Source of the DNA: Pseudogymnoascus verrucosus
Lineage: Eukaryota
DNA length: 64,000 nt
NCBI GenBank assembly: GCA_001662655.1
Contig: KV460216.1
Reading direction: 5' to 3' (one strand)
Part shown: in pieces, positions 34,674 to 46,776 of the stretch
Numbering within the stretch: the first letter of the stretch is position 1
Layout of the letters: the number at the start of each line of letters is the position of its first letter
Position numbers and translations under genes: made by a program
The notes under the pieces: model-generated
What the model was told of the DNA's origin: nothing
What the model saw: the letters and a program-made list of their open reading frames with translations, nothing else
The model's database searches: none

Positions 34674-34904
34674 ATTAGCTGTTTGAATATATTGGCGTCG
34701 ACCGTCCCTTTAGCCTGCCCCCTATTCTTTCAATCTCCACCGATTTCACACATCCTAAATCAGAATTTTGACAGTACAACTACAGGTCAGGCACTTTATT
34801 TTTCTATATTTGTACACCTTTTATTTATCATTGTACCGTACAAGCCTTCTAAGCAAGCTCCCTCGCTGCTACCGATGACACAAACAAATGAAATCACCTT
34901 CTAT

Positions 34905-37121
34905 CTATTCCATCCTCAAGCTCTGAAGTCTAGCCTCCGTCGCAATGACCTGGGAAAATATTAGTTTCTGACTCCAAAACGTCCATCGACAGGGAAAAAG
35001 GGGAAAACTCACATCAAGCGCCTGCTGCACCTCCAATACCTTGCGCGCCTCACCCAACCAATCGCGACTCAGCGTCTTCGCCCACCCCGTCAACCCATTC
35101 ATCTCCCTAGCAGCCTCATCCAGATTCCCCTCCTCCAGGAACGTCTCCGTCCTCGTAAGAATGCTCTCCACATCATCCCCAACCGCCAACCCGCGCTTCT
35201 TAAACAGCAGCTTGCTCAGCACGTAACTCGACGCATGACTCGCGACGCCCGCCTCATCCGGCAGCAGCGACGCCTTGCGCACCTCTCCCGCGACGCGACG
35301 GAAGCGGTCGATCAACTGGGCCGAGGTGGGGATGCCGCGCTGGTATGCGAGCGGGTTGATGGAAGCGATTGCGGCGTCGACGACGGGGTCAGCGGCGGCG
35401 ATCTCCTTGAGTGCGGCGAGCTCGCGCACGAACGGCTTGGGGGAGCGGGAGTTCTCGAGGTTGGCGCGCACGGCCTCGACGGCGACGTGGAGGTGCTGCG
35501 TCTTGAGGTTGGAGTCGACGACGTCGGTCCAGCCTGTGGTGAGTTTCTCGAGGTCATCGACCGTCTTGGAGAGGTCGGTGAGCTTGCCGAGGCGGCTGTT
35601 GCGCTCCTCCTCGACGCGGGTGTTGACCTCGGCGACGAACTTGCGCTTCATTTCGACGGCTTGCTCGAGGAGCTCGTTGCGTAGGCGCTGCTCGTTGACG
35701 TCCTTGGCGTGGGCGATCTCGGAGCGGAGGCGCTGCTCGTAGTGCTGCTGGAGTTTGGTGCGCTCCTCCTCGTACTCCTCCTTCCAGCGGCCTTCTTGCT
35801 CGTGCATCTCGCCCTCGAGACGGCGGATGAGCTCCTTGGCGGCGCGGTCAAAGTCCTCGTGGGAGGCCTTGACCTTCTCGTCGGCTTCCTTCATGGCGAT
35901 GGCCTTGAGGGCCTGAACCTTGTCTCCAACCTTCTCAAGCTCGGTCCTGGCGTTCTTGATGACGGGGGAGAACTTGTTACCGGCCTTGTCGGCATTGACA
36001 ACAAGAATGATGTCGTTCAGGATCTTGACAAGGTCCTGAACCACGGGGTCGTTGGCGTTCTTGATGTTAATGGGGTCAATCCTCTCAACGTACGGCGTGT
36101 AAACGGAGGGCTCGTTGACCTCTGGGACCTTCTTGGCCACAGCTGGCGCAGGCGCAGGCGCATCGACGACTGTTGGCTTCACGGCTGGCTCGGCCGCAGA
36201 TTTAGCCTGAGCAGCTGCGATGGGTGCAGCAGCAGCGGGCGCAGTTGTATCAGCGTACTCTGGCTTCTTAACACCCTTCACGCTCTCCACCTTCTCCTTC
36301 TGCTTAGTGTCACTTGCGTCAGTCTTTGCTGTCGGCGCAGCCTTCGACACTTCAGGCTGCTGTGGCTTCTCCTCGGCTAGCTTCCACGTAACTCCGTTCG
36401 AGCTCGGGATCGTGACGCGGTTTCCTAACTCTCTGCTTCTTGGCTTGCTGTTGAGAACGGGGAAGCGCTTGCGGAACTCGCGTTCCTCGAAGAAGAGGAC
36501 GGCCTCCTCTCCGAAGGGAACGTACTCCGTGAAGAAGTCATGGAAGTTGTCGTTGACGCGAGAGTAGTAGACGCCACCGGCGAATCCTCCAACAGATAGT
36601 GCCAGAAGTGTGAGGAACAGCTTGCGGATTAACTTTCGCGACTTCTTTGGTGGTGGTGGTGGAGGTGTCGATGCGGCTGGAGCTGGCGTAGGCTTAATCG
36701 GTGGTGCTGAACCCAGCGACGTCGGTGGAGATGACTGGACCTTGCTCGGAGATGGAGGCGTCAGAGGAACGGTCTGGGTCACCTTTGAATCTGCGCTCGG
36801 CGTCTGGGGAGTGGGCGAATTTAACGAGCTTGTGATCTTTCCTGGTGCTGGAGGAACTTCAGCGTGCGTTGTGCTTCCGGAACCTGGGAGGACCACTGGC
36901 TCGGGGTCGTTTATGCTCGGTTTCTTGTTATCCGCAAAGCTCCTCTGTGATACTCGTTAGTTTGGCTGCCATCACGAGTCTCCGAGGAGGTGCTGTTGGG
37001 GATATCATACTGCAGATGGGCGGCTATATACCGCCTGCGCGCCGAGCAATTGACGCCCAGCTCTGGCTGCGATGGAGCCATTGCTGAGCGCTGTTGATGC
37101 TCTAAGGGAGGCTCGCAGCAT
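34905..37121 (-). CDS. MIC60: MICOS complex subunit Mic60 (mitofilin); introns ~37031-36945 and 35012-34950
   Basis: MLRASLR presequence, single TM helix, DNFHDFFTEYVPFGE, coiled coil, C-terminal LTGWAKTLSRDWL mitofilin domain. Confidence 0.93.
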
Positions 37122-37715
37122 GACGTCCTGCGTTGGCGGAAGGAATGTGGTCGTGGTGTTGATGCTGGCTCGCGTGGGCTGGGAGAAAAGCTATTTGACG
37201 TTCCTTGAATTGAAGCTCGGGAAGCCGCCGGAACGCCAAGCCTTTTCGATTCCGGTTCCAAGCGGCCGCATCATCAGCTCCGCATTATCTCATATGGAAC
37301 TCACATAGCGATAACGGAGTATTAAAAGAATATTAAATAGCAAAAGTCAAATAGTAAACCAAATTCTAAGAGAGAGTTTACAGAATCATCTTAATAACTA
37401 AGGTCGTGTGAAGCTGCTCTATCGTCTTTATACATCCCACACACTGTTAAAAAAACAGCACCACGACCCAATCTCTCGCTCCCCCCGCCACAGCGTCCAA
37501 ACCATCGACTCTGCCCAACAAACAAAAAGGAGAGTTCAAGGTATTAAAAGGCTAGTCCTATAGAAGCATACCAAATGCGCATCGCCGCAAGTTCTGTTCT
37601 CCGGAGCCTTGAGGAATCGAGAAAGCCAGCAACCGTAAACACAACGAATCTCCCACCCCCACATGCAACCCCTTTGCCCAACATCCATTAAACCGTTATA
37701 ACATACAGTAATCAC

Positions 37716-38609
37716 TTAGCAAGAGCACCCCGCGCCTCCTTGAGTGTTGGCTGCCTCTGGGCGAAGATCTACACCTGGCCTTGGTCCCGAGCGTGGGTTC
37801 CGCGGTCCGGCCTGGTCGAGGGGAAGCTTCTTTGCGATGGCGGTGAATAGCTCCCTGACATTCTCTGAGGTCTTTGCGGATGTCTCGAAGAAGAGAAGAC
37901 CGGCCTCCTTAGCATATGCCTCAGCATCCGCGGTCTGGATTACGCGCTTGTCTGGTTGTTCGGTGACAAGATCGAGCTTGTTGCCGGCCAGGGCGATGAT
38001 GATGTTCTCGTTCGCTTGTCTCTGTAACTCCTTCACCCACGCCTTTGCCTTGTCGAGGGACGACTATTGGAACATGTATTAGCCTCTGTGTCCATGTTTG
38101 TCAGTGCCGGAAGACTTACAGCTTGTGTAATATCATAAACAACGACGGCGCAGTTAGCATTCCTGTAGTACATGGGCGCTAACGACTTGTATCTCTCCTG
38201 TCCGGCAGTATCCCAAATCTCAAACTTGACGGTGGTAGCCTCATCTAGCGAAATCGTCTGGGTGAGGAAGGCAGCTCCGATCGTTGACTCGCGGTAATCA
38301 TCGAATTGGTCCTGTGATAGTGTCAGCTGTGATGCAAAGGAGTTGGGGGATTTCGACCAGGGAGATTCATACCTTGACAAAACGGAGGACTAAAGAACTC
38401 TACGGGAGAAGTGTCAGTAAATATCAGCGACGAGAAACCCCTAGAACCCTCGACATGCATACCTTTCCGACGGCAGATTCGCCTGTATCTCATATTAGTA
38501 CTCGTATCCGGGGGTCCAGGGAGATGGCAGACGTACCGAGAAGCACAAGTTTGAACTGCGCAAAGCGAGCATTGTTCGCTCTGGCGCCAGGAGGGCCTCT
38601 TGCAGCCAT
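37716..38609 (-). CDS. YPT52: Rab5-family GTPase (Ypt52/RabA-like); 5 exons including 20- and 27-nt micro-exons
   Basis: [46 protein letters not shown]-terminal CSC prenylation motif. Confidence 0.9.
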
Positions 38610-39056
38610 GTTGTGTGTGTGAGGGGAGTAGTTATGGGCGGCTAGGTGATTTGATGGGCGGCCTAATGACAGCAGCCTCAAAGAAAGAAGGCTGGATCAA
38701 TAACGGTGAGAGACCTGGCGGGGAGAAAGTTGGAATGTCGTAGAGTTCGAGGTATAATATACGTTTCAGCTATTCAGTGGCGTAGTGGTGCAGAAGTTGA
38801 GAAGTTGAGAAGTTGTATGGTGGTTGATCTTTTGAGGGCGATGAGGGTTGAGGGTGACGACGGATGATGGGCTTCTTGGTTTCTTGGGGATTCATGGACC
38901 GACGGACCTGCGTATTCCAGAGTATAGTAAGATAAGTACATGGCTAACCAGCCAGTTGTGGCACAGTTACGAAGTACTACGGCGAAACCTTGAACCTGCT
39001 CTCGCTCTTTCTCTCGGCCCGCCACATTTCAACCACTTCAAATGTGGCGGATTTAT

Positions 39057-39102
39057 ATCACGTGCGAATATACCAATCATATCACGTGGATTAGCACGTG
39101 CT
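39057..39102. promoter_or_regulatory. Three CACGTG E-boxes in the Rab5/SAC1 divergent promoter
   Basis: CACGTG at 39059, 39083 and 39095. Confidence 0.55.
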
Positions 39103-39388
39103 TTTAAGATTAGGTGAGGCTGGGGGAGGCTGAGGCTGAGGCTGAGAACTTTCCCAGGCCACCACGTTTCCTTGGTCGGTCCCTGGAATCTGATCATGCT
39201 CAAGATCAAGATCACCTATATCTCTTGTCACGGTTAAATCTCTGTTCTGTTACTGTACGGCTACCAGGAGGATTGGATTCTTATTCTCGCGAGTATTAAT
39301 ATATTTTACGAGAATTGGAATGCAGGCCGATTACTGTCCTATGTTATAGTCGAAGCTCACAACCAACACAAAACCTCCAGCTATCATC

Positions 39389-41611
39389 ATGGCGCCTAGC
39401 TTGCCCTTCAGGGATATAAATGTCCACGCCTCGGCGTCGCATTATGCCTTCACATCGCCCTCTTCGCCCTCGGCAGCGACTTTAGTAGTGGATCGCCCTA
39501 CTGGTGATATCAGGTTGAATGATGGGAAGGTCTTGGGCGGAAAGCGTGTCTCGAGCATTGCTGGTATCCTGGGCATGATCAGATTGCGATTGGGTTAGTT
39601 TGCGCCTCTTCTTGACGCTGGACGTGGCTAATTATGTTTGCCCATTAGATAAATACATCATTGTTATTACAAAGGCACAGCCCATGGGCCGACTGAAGGG
39701 GCACATGGTGTACAAAGTTATTGCGACCGAATTTCTGCCGTTGCGCGAACGACCCCTCCACGACAATGACGAAGATATCTACCTCACACTCCTCAAGGGC
39801 TTCATCAAGTCAGGACCGATGTACTTCTCATACTCATCCGACTTGACCAACAGCTTCCAGCGCCAGGCCCAGATCGACCAGAGCCAGCCATTGTGGAAGC
39901 GGGCAGATGACCGGTTTTTCTGGAACAGATTCATTCAGTCGGATCTGATCGACTTCCGCTCGTCAGGAAGCAGGCAACAGATTGGCCAACAGCCGGGAGC
40001 CGACCCGTTCATCCTGCCTGTCATATTTGGCATGCTTGAGATATCACCTACGACCGTCAAGGGGATGCCATTAACAATCGCCCTGATCACCCGTAGATCA
40101 AGACACCGCGCTGGCACAAGATACTTTTCCAGAGGAATTGACGAGTCGGGACATGTGTCGAATTTCAACGAGACGGAGCAGATCGTTATAATCAATGAAA
40201 GCGGGGCGGGGTTGGGTGGCTTTGCCGGTGGTGGTGGCATGCAAAATGGCAAAGTAGGGGGCTCCGACGGCCGAGAGGTCCAAGTGATGTCCTACGTTCA
40301 AACCCGCGGCAGTATCCCCGTATACTGGGCGGAGGTCAACACGCTGAGCTACACACCAAAGCTCCAAGTAAGAGGCGTCGAATCTGCCGTGGGCGCAGCA
40401 AAGGCCCATTTCGACGAGCAAATCCGACTCTATGGGGACAACTACTTGGTCAACTTGGTCAACCAGAAAGGTCGCGAGAAGCGCATGAAGGAAGCCTACG
40501 AGCAAATCGTAAAGCTCCTCCTCTCATCTCCCAAGGAATCCCAGCAAGCCGACGAGAAGTCAGACGAGAAGCTCCACTTCGTGGAATCGCGATCAAGAAG
40601 CCAAGAATTCGACCGCCTCCACTACGTCTACTTCGACTTCCACAACGAGACCAAGGGCCTCCAATGGCACCGCGCCCAGCTTCTCCTCGACCAGCTCGAA
40701 GGCGCCCTCCAGCAACAAGCCTACTTCCGCGCCACCGACATGCCCGCCGACACCACGGGCCGCCTCGACGTCCGCAGCCTCCAAACCAGCATCATCCGCA
40801 CAAACTGCATGGACTGCCTCGACCGCACCAACGTCGTGCAATCCATGCTCGCGCGCCACACGCTGAACCGCATGCTGCGCGACCTTGGCGTGCTCCCCCG
40901 CGACGAGACCTTCAACTCAGATTCCGCATTCGAGTCGCTCTTCCGCAACATCTGGGCCGACAACGCCGACGTGGTGTCCAAATCATACTCTGGTACTGGC
41001 GCACTGAAGACGGATTTCACGCGCACGGGGAACCGCACCAAGGCCGGCGCGCTGCAGGATCTGTCGAACTCGATCACGCGGTACGCGAAGAACAATTTCC
41101 TCGATGGGCCGAAGCAGGACTCGTTTGATCTGTTCCTGGGCGCGCATCTGCCCGCCACGGGGAATATTGGGAATACATCCGTGTTTGTGGATAGGCGGCC
41201 TGTGATCATCCAGGCTGTGCCGTATGTCCTCGCTTTTGCGGTGTTCTTCGTGCTGCTGGGGATTTTCACCATACGGTTACCTGAGAGCGCGGTGTTGCCG
41301 CTGAGGCTGTTTACGATTTTCTGGTTCATTGTTGGTGGGCTGAGCGCGAGCTTTATTTTCAAGAATGGCATGCTTTATGTAAGTTCTCGTTATCCCCTAT
41401 GTACACTGTGTCCCCTGACTGGATTCTAACTTCAACACAGGTCAACTGGCCTAAACTCATACCCCGCCCATGGGCCACAGAGGGCTACAACGAGACCGTC
41501 AACAAGCTCCGCAAAGACAAAGTCCTCGGCGGCCTCGTAGCGCGACACGAGAGGGGCATGAGCACAGCCCGCTTCCTGAGCGCCGAGGAAGGGAAGAAGA
41601 GGATCGAATGA
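39389..41611 (+). CDS. SAC1: Phosphatidylinositide phosphatase Sac1; 3 exons
   Basis: RAGTRYFSRG, QTRGSIP, catalytic RTNCMDCLDRTN (CX5R), two C-terminal TM helices. Confidence 0.95.
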
Positions 41612-41952
41612 GCGGCGAGTCGTTTATTGCTGTTGTAAAGCGGACATCGACATAGCCTAGAAAATGTAGGTATAAAGGGAGGAAGGAAGAGACGCTGAGC
41701 AAGATAGCAGCTAAGCAGCTAGAATGGTACATTCCTGTACTATTAGCACACCTTATATGTGGATGGATGGATGGGGGAGCGGATGTTGGCCAGAGCCCAC
41801 GGAACACGCAGGCCCCTTACTGGGGATGCACAATAATATTTTTCTTCCCAATATCTCATAATCTCACATTACCATTACTATTAAAATACACACATAACAA
41901 TCGTTAACCCCCCCCCATCTCCCAAGAAACCACCAGTCCGTCCATCACTCCC

Positions 41953-44900
41953 TCACAACCAAAACAACCACCTCCCCACCCCCACCACCCCCCTAAACAA
42001 CCCCCTCAAAAGCCTCAACAACACAACAACCAACCAAGCCCACCACATAACCCCAACAAGCACCCACTCAACCAACACCCACCCCCCCCGTCTCGCCCAC
42101 CTAAACCTCCTCCTCCTCCTCCGCATCATCGTATCCATCGCCCCCGCCAGCGCCTTCGCCCTCAACATCTGCGACCCCATCACCTCCTTCGCCAACTCAT
42201 CCGCCTCATCCGCCGCTTTCTTACCCTGCTCGCTCAACCCGCCCGGCCCATCGAGTTTCTCATGTAATAATTCTACTTGTTTCTCTAGCTCTGCCATTTT
42301 CCCGTCCCGGAACGACTCAGCGGCTGCTTCCCACGCGCGGGCGGAGCGTCGCATGTCCTCCTCCAGTACGCGGGCAGCGAGGAGGTGTTCTTGTGCGCGT
42401 GGGGCCCGCTCGAGCGCTAGGTCTGGGACTAGTTGCGCGACGGTGGCGAAGCGGTATGCGGCTGCGTTATTGAGATCGCGCAGCTCGTTATGGCGACGCG
42501 TGAGTTCCTTCGCCTTGATTCCCGAGGACAGCAGAAGGGCGCGCACCCGCGCGACATCCTGGCGCGTGATGTGCGTTGGTTCCGCACTGGGGTCGCGCGG
42601 GCGCGAACCGAGGCTGGGGCGGCGCGCAGCGAGGGCCGCGAGGTCGGTGGCGGGGAGGAAGGTGGTGCGCATGGGGCTTATGCCGGGGATATTGAGGATG
42701 GAGTTTAAGCGTGCGTCTGCGCTGTGGACGCGGAGGAGGCTTCCCTGTGGAGAGCGATCGCGCGAGGTGGTTTTGGGGGAGGAGTCGCCGGAGGCGCGTT
42801 GGATGTCTATGCGGGGTGGTTTGAGACGGTCGAGGCGGTCTTGACGGTGTTTGGCGTGAGCTTTTTGTTGTTGCGTTTGGGCGTCGTAGTCGGGTGACAT
42901 TTGGGTTGGGTGTCGGGAGTCTGTGGGACGGCCGCGGCGTTCGGTGGGGGAGATGAAGGTGGACATTTCGCCGAGGAGGGCTTTGACTTTGCGGGAGGCG
43001 GCGCCGCGGGTGCTGCCTTGGTCGGTCATTATTGAGTTTCTTCGGCTTGATTCTGATTCCTCTTTGCTTGATTCGAAGGCATTTTCGTCGATGTCTGTGT
43101 CTTCAGGGGCGGTATCGCCTTGTTTATCTGATGCGCTGGTATCGTCCTTTGTCCATAAGAGGTTGCTCACCCTTGCAATAGGGTTGCGACTCTTTGGCTT
43201 CCCAGCCATATTAGGTGGGCTTCCATCTTTCGGTCTCTGTCTCGCCAGCGAGGCAGCAGATGGTGACTTGATGGTATTATCAACTGACCCCTTCACGGGT
43301 CTCTTCCTTGGACTAAGGGAACGTATATGATCAAGTGGGCTACCCGGACTCTCTTGCAAGCTAAGTTTTCGATCTGAATCGAGGTCGGACTCCCCCTTCC
43401 GACGACGCCCCAGTGGTTCCGCGCTCCGCTCTCGAAGCCTGCTTATCTTTGAACGAACTCGGTCAAGGGGCATTCTATGGCTGTGAGTTGGCGATAATGG
43501 GCTGTGAGGGGGGGAAAGGTCCATGGATATGCTGGGAATAAGAGCGTTCAATAACTTTGCTGCTTTTGACTCGGGCGAGTTTGGAGCTGTCGTGTCCAAG
43601 TCGCTACTTGGCCACTCGCTGGGGCGTTGACCAGGAACCTCCAGACTGCTTCTCCCTAACGGAGCTGCTTTATCTCCATAATTTAGGGACCAGTTCCGAC
43701 GATGTAACTCGGGTCTTGGCTTCCTTGCGATCAATTTCCGGGGTGATAGTGTGTCCGACTCCTCGGCCTTCGCAGGGGCGGTTATAGGTGACGGTGTCGC
43801 CTCGACAGATGAAGCCGGTTTCTTTTCTTCTTCTATCTTTTCAGGGACTTCTTTCGATACTTCTTTGGATACTTCTTTCGATTCCTCGTCTGTTTCCTTT
43901 GCTATCATTTGTGACATCTGCTTCGCCAAGATGCCACGATTAAGGGCGAAACTATCTGCCGTGTCGCTCCGACCTCTCCGCATTTGAGCATTATAAAGGG
44001 AGTCATCGCTATCAGACGACTCGGAATCTACCCTGCTACGGGACCTTATTGGACCGGTGCTATCCAGTTTCCGGGCCATCTTGTGCAGTTTGTGTCGGAT
44101 TTTGGGTGTATGATTGATATCCGATCCATTATGGCCAGGGCGTCGGATAGAGTTAAACGCAGGCAATCTTGTTTCCACGTGTAGTTTTCCGGGTATTTTT
44201 GCTTTGGCGTCGGGCGACTGTGCTGATTCTGATTCTTCAACCTCTTGCTCACTCGTGTGTCGCTGCTGTTCTAATTGCCGCAGTTGCTCTTCGCTCGTCC
44301 TGGTCGGCAGCCTGACCAGGTTTGTAGAGGGTGGAAATATCTTTCTCTCCCGATTATCCTCAATCAACTTTTTGTTGTCACTCTGTTCCAGCCATACGAT
44401 GTCTGCCAGCATATTCGGCGCACTGATCATCCAGTCAATCCTCGGCCGCTTCACTTTGACAGGAGGAACTGCCGGTTTACTTGGATCAGCCCCGGCAGCG
44501 ACATGAGCCTGACTTTCCGCCTCATCGGGGACCAGAGGCGGCAGTTCCAAGCAGTCGCTGATTTCATAACCATCGCCAGGGCAATGTTTTGCCACACGGT
44601 CAACCCATGCGGTAACATCGTCAACGTCGCCAAAGCCCTGCGCTTCTCCATCGATCGGCTGCCTTTCTCTCGCCCTGACCTTCCTGTTGCGAATATATTG
44701 TAGCGGGTTGTAGGGCCTGCCAATCTGTTTGTTCGTTGCCGTGCTAGCTCGTGATAGTGTATTTAGTCTAACTGGAATTCCTGCTGACGTGCCGGGTGGG
44801 CTGATGGTTGGGACAGGTGTCAAACCATGTGACTTCAATGGAGGTAGGTATTGTAGCAGGCGCCTATACTGGGCCATAAGCTCAAAGGCGTTCTTTGCCT

Positions 44901-45762
44901 TTTCGGCTCGAGCCAAAGTAGCTGCCGAAAACTGATACTTTTGCTCGACATCTTGAGTAAATGCAGTTTGTAGGGGGCTGGTTATAGGTTGTGCTAGCTT
45001 GGGTGGTCCAAATTTCTCTCCTTTGTCGGGTTTGGGTGAGATGTTCCGTGACGATCGTCTCTGAGCTTGAAGGTGCTGCCGCAGGCTTCCTCCTCCAAAG
45101 GTATCTTCAAAGCCATGGATCGTCGGGGGGGATGGAACTGTTACAACCCTCCTGGCTGCTTGACGTCTGCTCTCGCTCAGGTTGAGGGCGAGATTCACAA
45201 TCTGTGCAGAGTCCACGTCCAGCCCAGTTTGGATCGTCTTGCCGACGTTGACCTGGCCCGCATTCTCTTCCGTATTCGTGCCATCCGTATGAGCCTTATC
45301 TTGGGCGTCTGCCTGTCTTACATGTGTTGCCAACGGGCTCCCTCCATTTGTCTGATCCGTCTTGGGTCTGACAGGAACCTTCCCCTTTGGATCGCGCCGT
45401 TGTTGTCGCTTTCTGGGGGGAGTAAGCTGGTTCCCTATCGATGCTCGAGTTTCGTGTACCGGCGGCTCGAAAAATGTATTATCGGAGAGGAGAAAACCGC
45501 CAGACGTTCTGCTCCTGTGGCTTCGATGGCTCCCTCTGCCATGGCTGTTCCTTCCGAGGTCGGTGAGTGAGGGGTCGACAGGCTTATAGGTGTCGTCGGT
45601 CGACCGGTCTTGTTGTTCGCTATTTCGTGAGCTAGATTCACCAGCCTCATCACTGGCTACACTATATCTGTTCCTCATCGCTGTAGTGCCAGGCGGGGTA
45701 GCATGGTTTCTTCGAGGATCTGACGGGGTGGTCATAGCCACTCGGCCCAAGGCGTCGGTCAT
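41953..45762 (-). CDS. Mtc4-like (maintenance of telomere capping 4) large low-complexity protein with C-terminal TM segment
   Basis: YNPLQYIRNRK motif recalled from the Mtc4 family; start codon uncertain (45762 or 45735). Confidence 0.65.
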   Translation of the reverse strand: MTDALGRVAMTTPSDPRRNHATPPGTTAMRNRYSVASDEAGESSSRNSEQQDRSTDDTYKPVDPSLTDLGRNSHGRGSHRSHRSRTSGGFLLSDNTFFEPPVHETRASIGNQLTPPRKRQQRRDPKGKVPVRPKTDQTNGGSPLATHVRQADAQDKAHTDGTNTEENAGQVNVGKTIQTGLDVDSAQIVNLALNLSESRRQAARRVVTVPSPPTIHGFEDTFGGGSLRQHLQAQRRSSRNISPKPDKGEKFGPPKLAQPITSPLQTAFTQDVEQKYQFSAATLARAEKAKNAFELMAQYRRLLQYLPPLKSHGLTPVPTISPPGTSAGIPVRLNTLSRASTATNKQIGRPYNPLQYIRNRKVRARERQPIDGEAQGFGDVDDVTAWVDRVAKHCPGDGYEISDCLELPPLVPDEAESQAHVAAGADPSKPAVPPVKVKRPRIDWMISAPNMLADIVWLEQSDNKKLIEDNRERKIFPPSTNLVRLPTRTSEEQLRQLEQQRHTSEQEVEESESAQSPDAKAKIPGKLHVETRLPAFNSIRRPGHNGSDINHTPKIRHKLHKMARKLDSTGPIRSRSRVDSESSDSDDSLYNAQMRRGRSDTADSFALNRGILAKQMSQMIAKETDEESKEVSKEVSKEVPEKIEEEKKPASSVEATPSPITAPAKAEESDTLSPRKLIARKPRPELHRRNWSLNYGDKAAPLGRSSLEVPGQRPSEWPSSDLDTTAPNSPESKAAKLLNALIPSISMDLSPPHSPLSPTHSHRMPLDRVRSKISRLRERSAEPLGRRRKGESDLDSDRKLSLQESPGSPLDHIRSLSPRKRPVKGSVDNTIKSPSAASLARQRPKDGSPPNMAGKPKSRNPIARVSNLLWTKDDTSASDKQGDTAPEDTDIDENAFESSKEESESSRRNSIMTDQGSTRGAASRKVKALLGEMSTFISPTERRGRPTDSRHPTQMSPDYDAQTQQQKAHAKHRQDRLDRLKPPRIDIQRASGDSSPKTTSRDRSPQGSLLRVHSADARLNSILNIPGISPMRTTFLPATDLAALAARRPSLGSRPRDPSAEPTHITRQDVARVRALLLSSGIKAKELTRRHNELRDLNNAAAYRFATVAQLVPDLALERAPRAQEHLLAARVLEEDMRRSARAWEAAAESFRDGKMAELEKQVELLHEKLDGPGGLSEQGKKAADEADELAKEVMGSQMLRAKALAGAMDTMMRRRRRRFRWARRGGWVLVEWVLVGVMWWAWLVVVLLRLLRGLFRGVVGVGRWLFWL

Positions 45763-46776
45763 TTTGTGACCAGCACATTTGGGATAACTTGACGATCTCA
45801 AATTCGATCAGAGCATTTCGTAAGCTCAAAGGGCGTAGCTATTATTCATGTTCTGCGAGACTCTTGAGCAATAAGGATCCATACAGTCATTCGGGCACAG
45901 TGAAGCTCGTGAAAGCGGCAGCATGGTCTACTAAATTACGGCTCGGCAAGCTACACTGCAGCATGACAAGCATGGACCATGCTGAGGGTAGGGGGCTAGC
46001 ATCCATGCAGTAAGGTTAGTTTGACGGGTGCACGGGTCATGATTCCCGATAAGGGTTGCCGGCCGATAAACGCCCCGTACCCGTACCGGCCCGTCTGACT
46101 GGCTATTGTTAATATTTAGATGTGGGATTCGAGCATATATATCGGAGTAGATATCAACTTTATGGAAGGTCAGACACTTTGTTTCGGCTCAACCCATGAG
46201 ATAATGATAGGTTCGGAGAGCAGACCAAAGTTAGAGGGGCGGCTGGTATAAGTAGGGCGACAGCGATATACAGAGCGCAACTCTCAAGCCCCACAACCCT
46301 GTAAGAGCCCACCGAGCAGATTGCCCATCAAGCGGTTCGAAGATTGCGTTGAGGGGCCAGTAGCTTTGTTGGTACGGGTGGTGGCAGCATGGTCAAACTG
46401 GCTACAGCAGGTTGAGTTGGCGGTGGCATAATTAGCTGACAACGAGAATTGCACGACGGTGAGAAGATTTTAAGGTAACAGGCGGAAATATTGACAAGAG
46501 TGATCACGATTGAAACACAACACCCTTGATCCCATTATCGAACAGGGCAATGTTCTTGCCCTAGAGGCTTGCCAAATACGACCGGATTTGCTTGTTTGGT
46601 GCCGGATGTCCCAGGACGTATTTTGTTATTCTGTCAACGTTGCAGAATACGGGTTCCTAAGAACTATTTGCATCAAGTATTTGATATTAACTAAGACCCA
46701 TCCATCTTAATTTTCATATATATATACACTTTCCATTTGGAAGCTTTGCCACGGGAGTTCCTACAGCCGCGGTCTT

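Noticed and set aside
17467..35012. Apparent peptide insertions in the CoA-transferase (17467-17556), Spc105 (28346-28393) and Mic60 (34950-35012) ORFs
   Set aside because: They are ordinary stop-free introns of 90, 48 and 63 nt with canonical splice signals; nothing indicates regulated retention
35041..36960. Long antisense and alternative-frame ORFs over MIC60 (likewise over MPDU1, RPS11, SAC1, NOP7, SPC105)
   Set aside because: Shadow ORFs from GC-rich codon bias, with low-complexity products and no motifs
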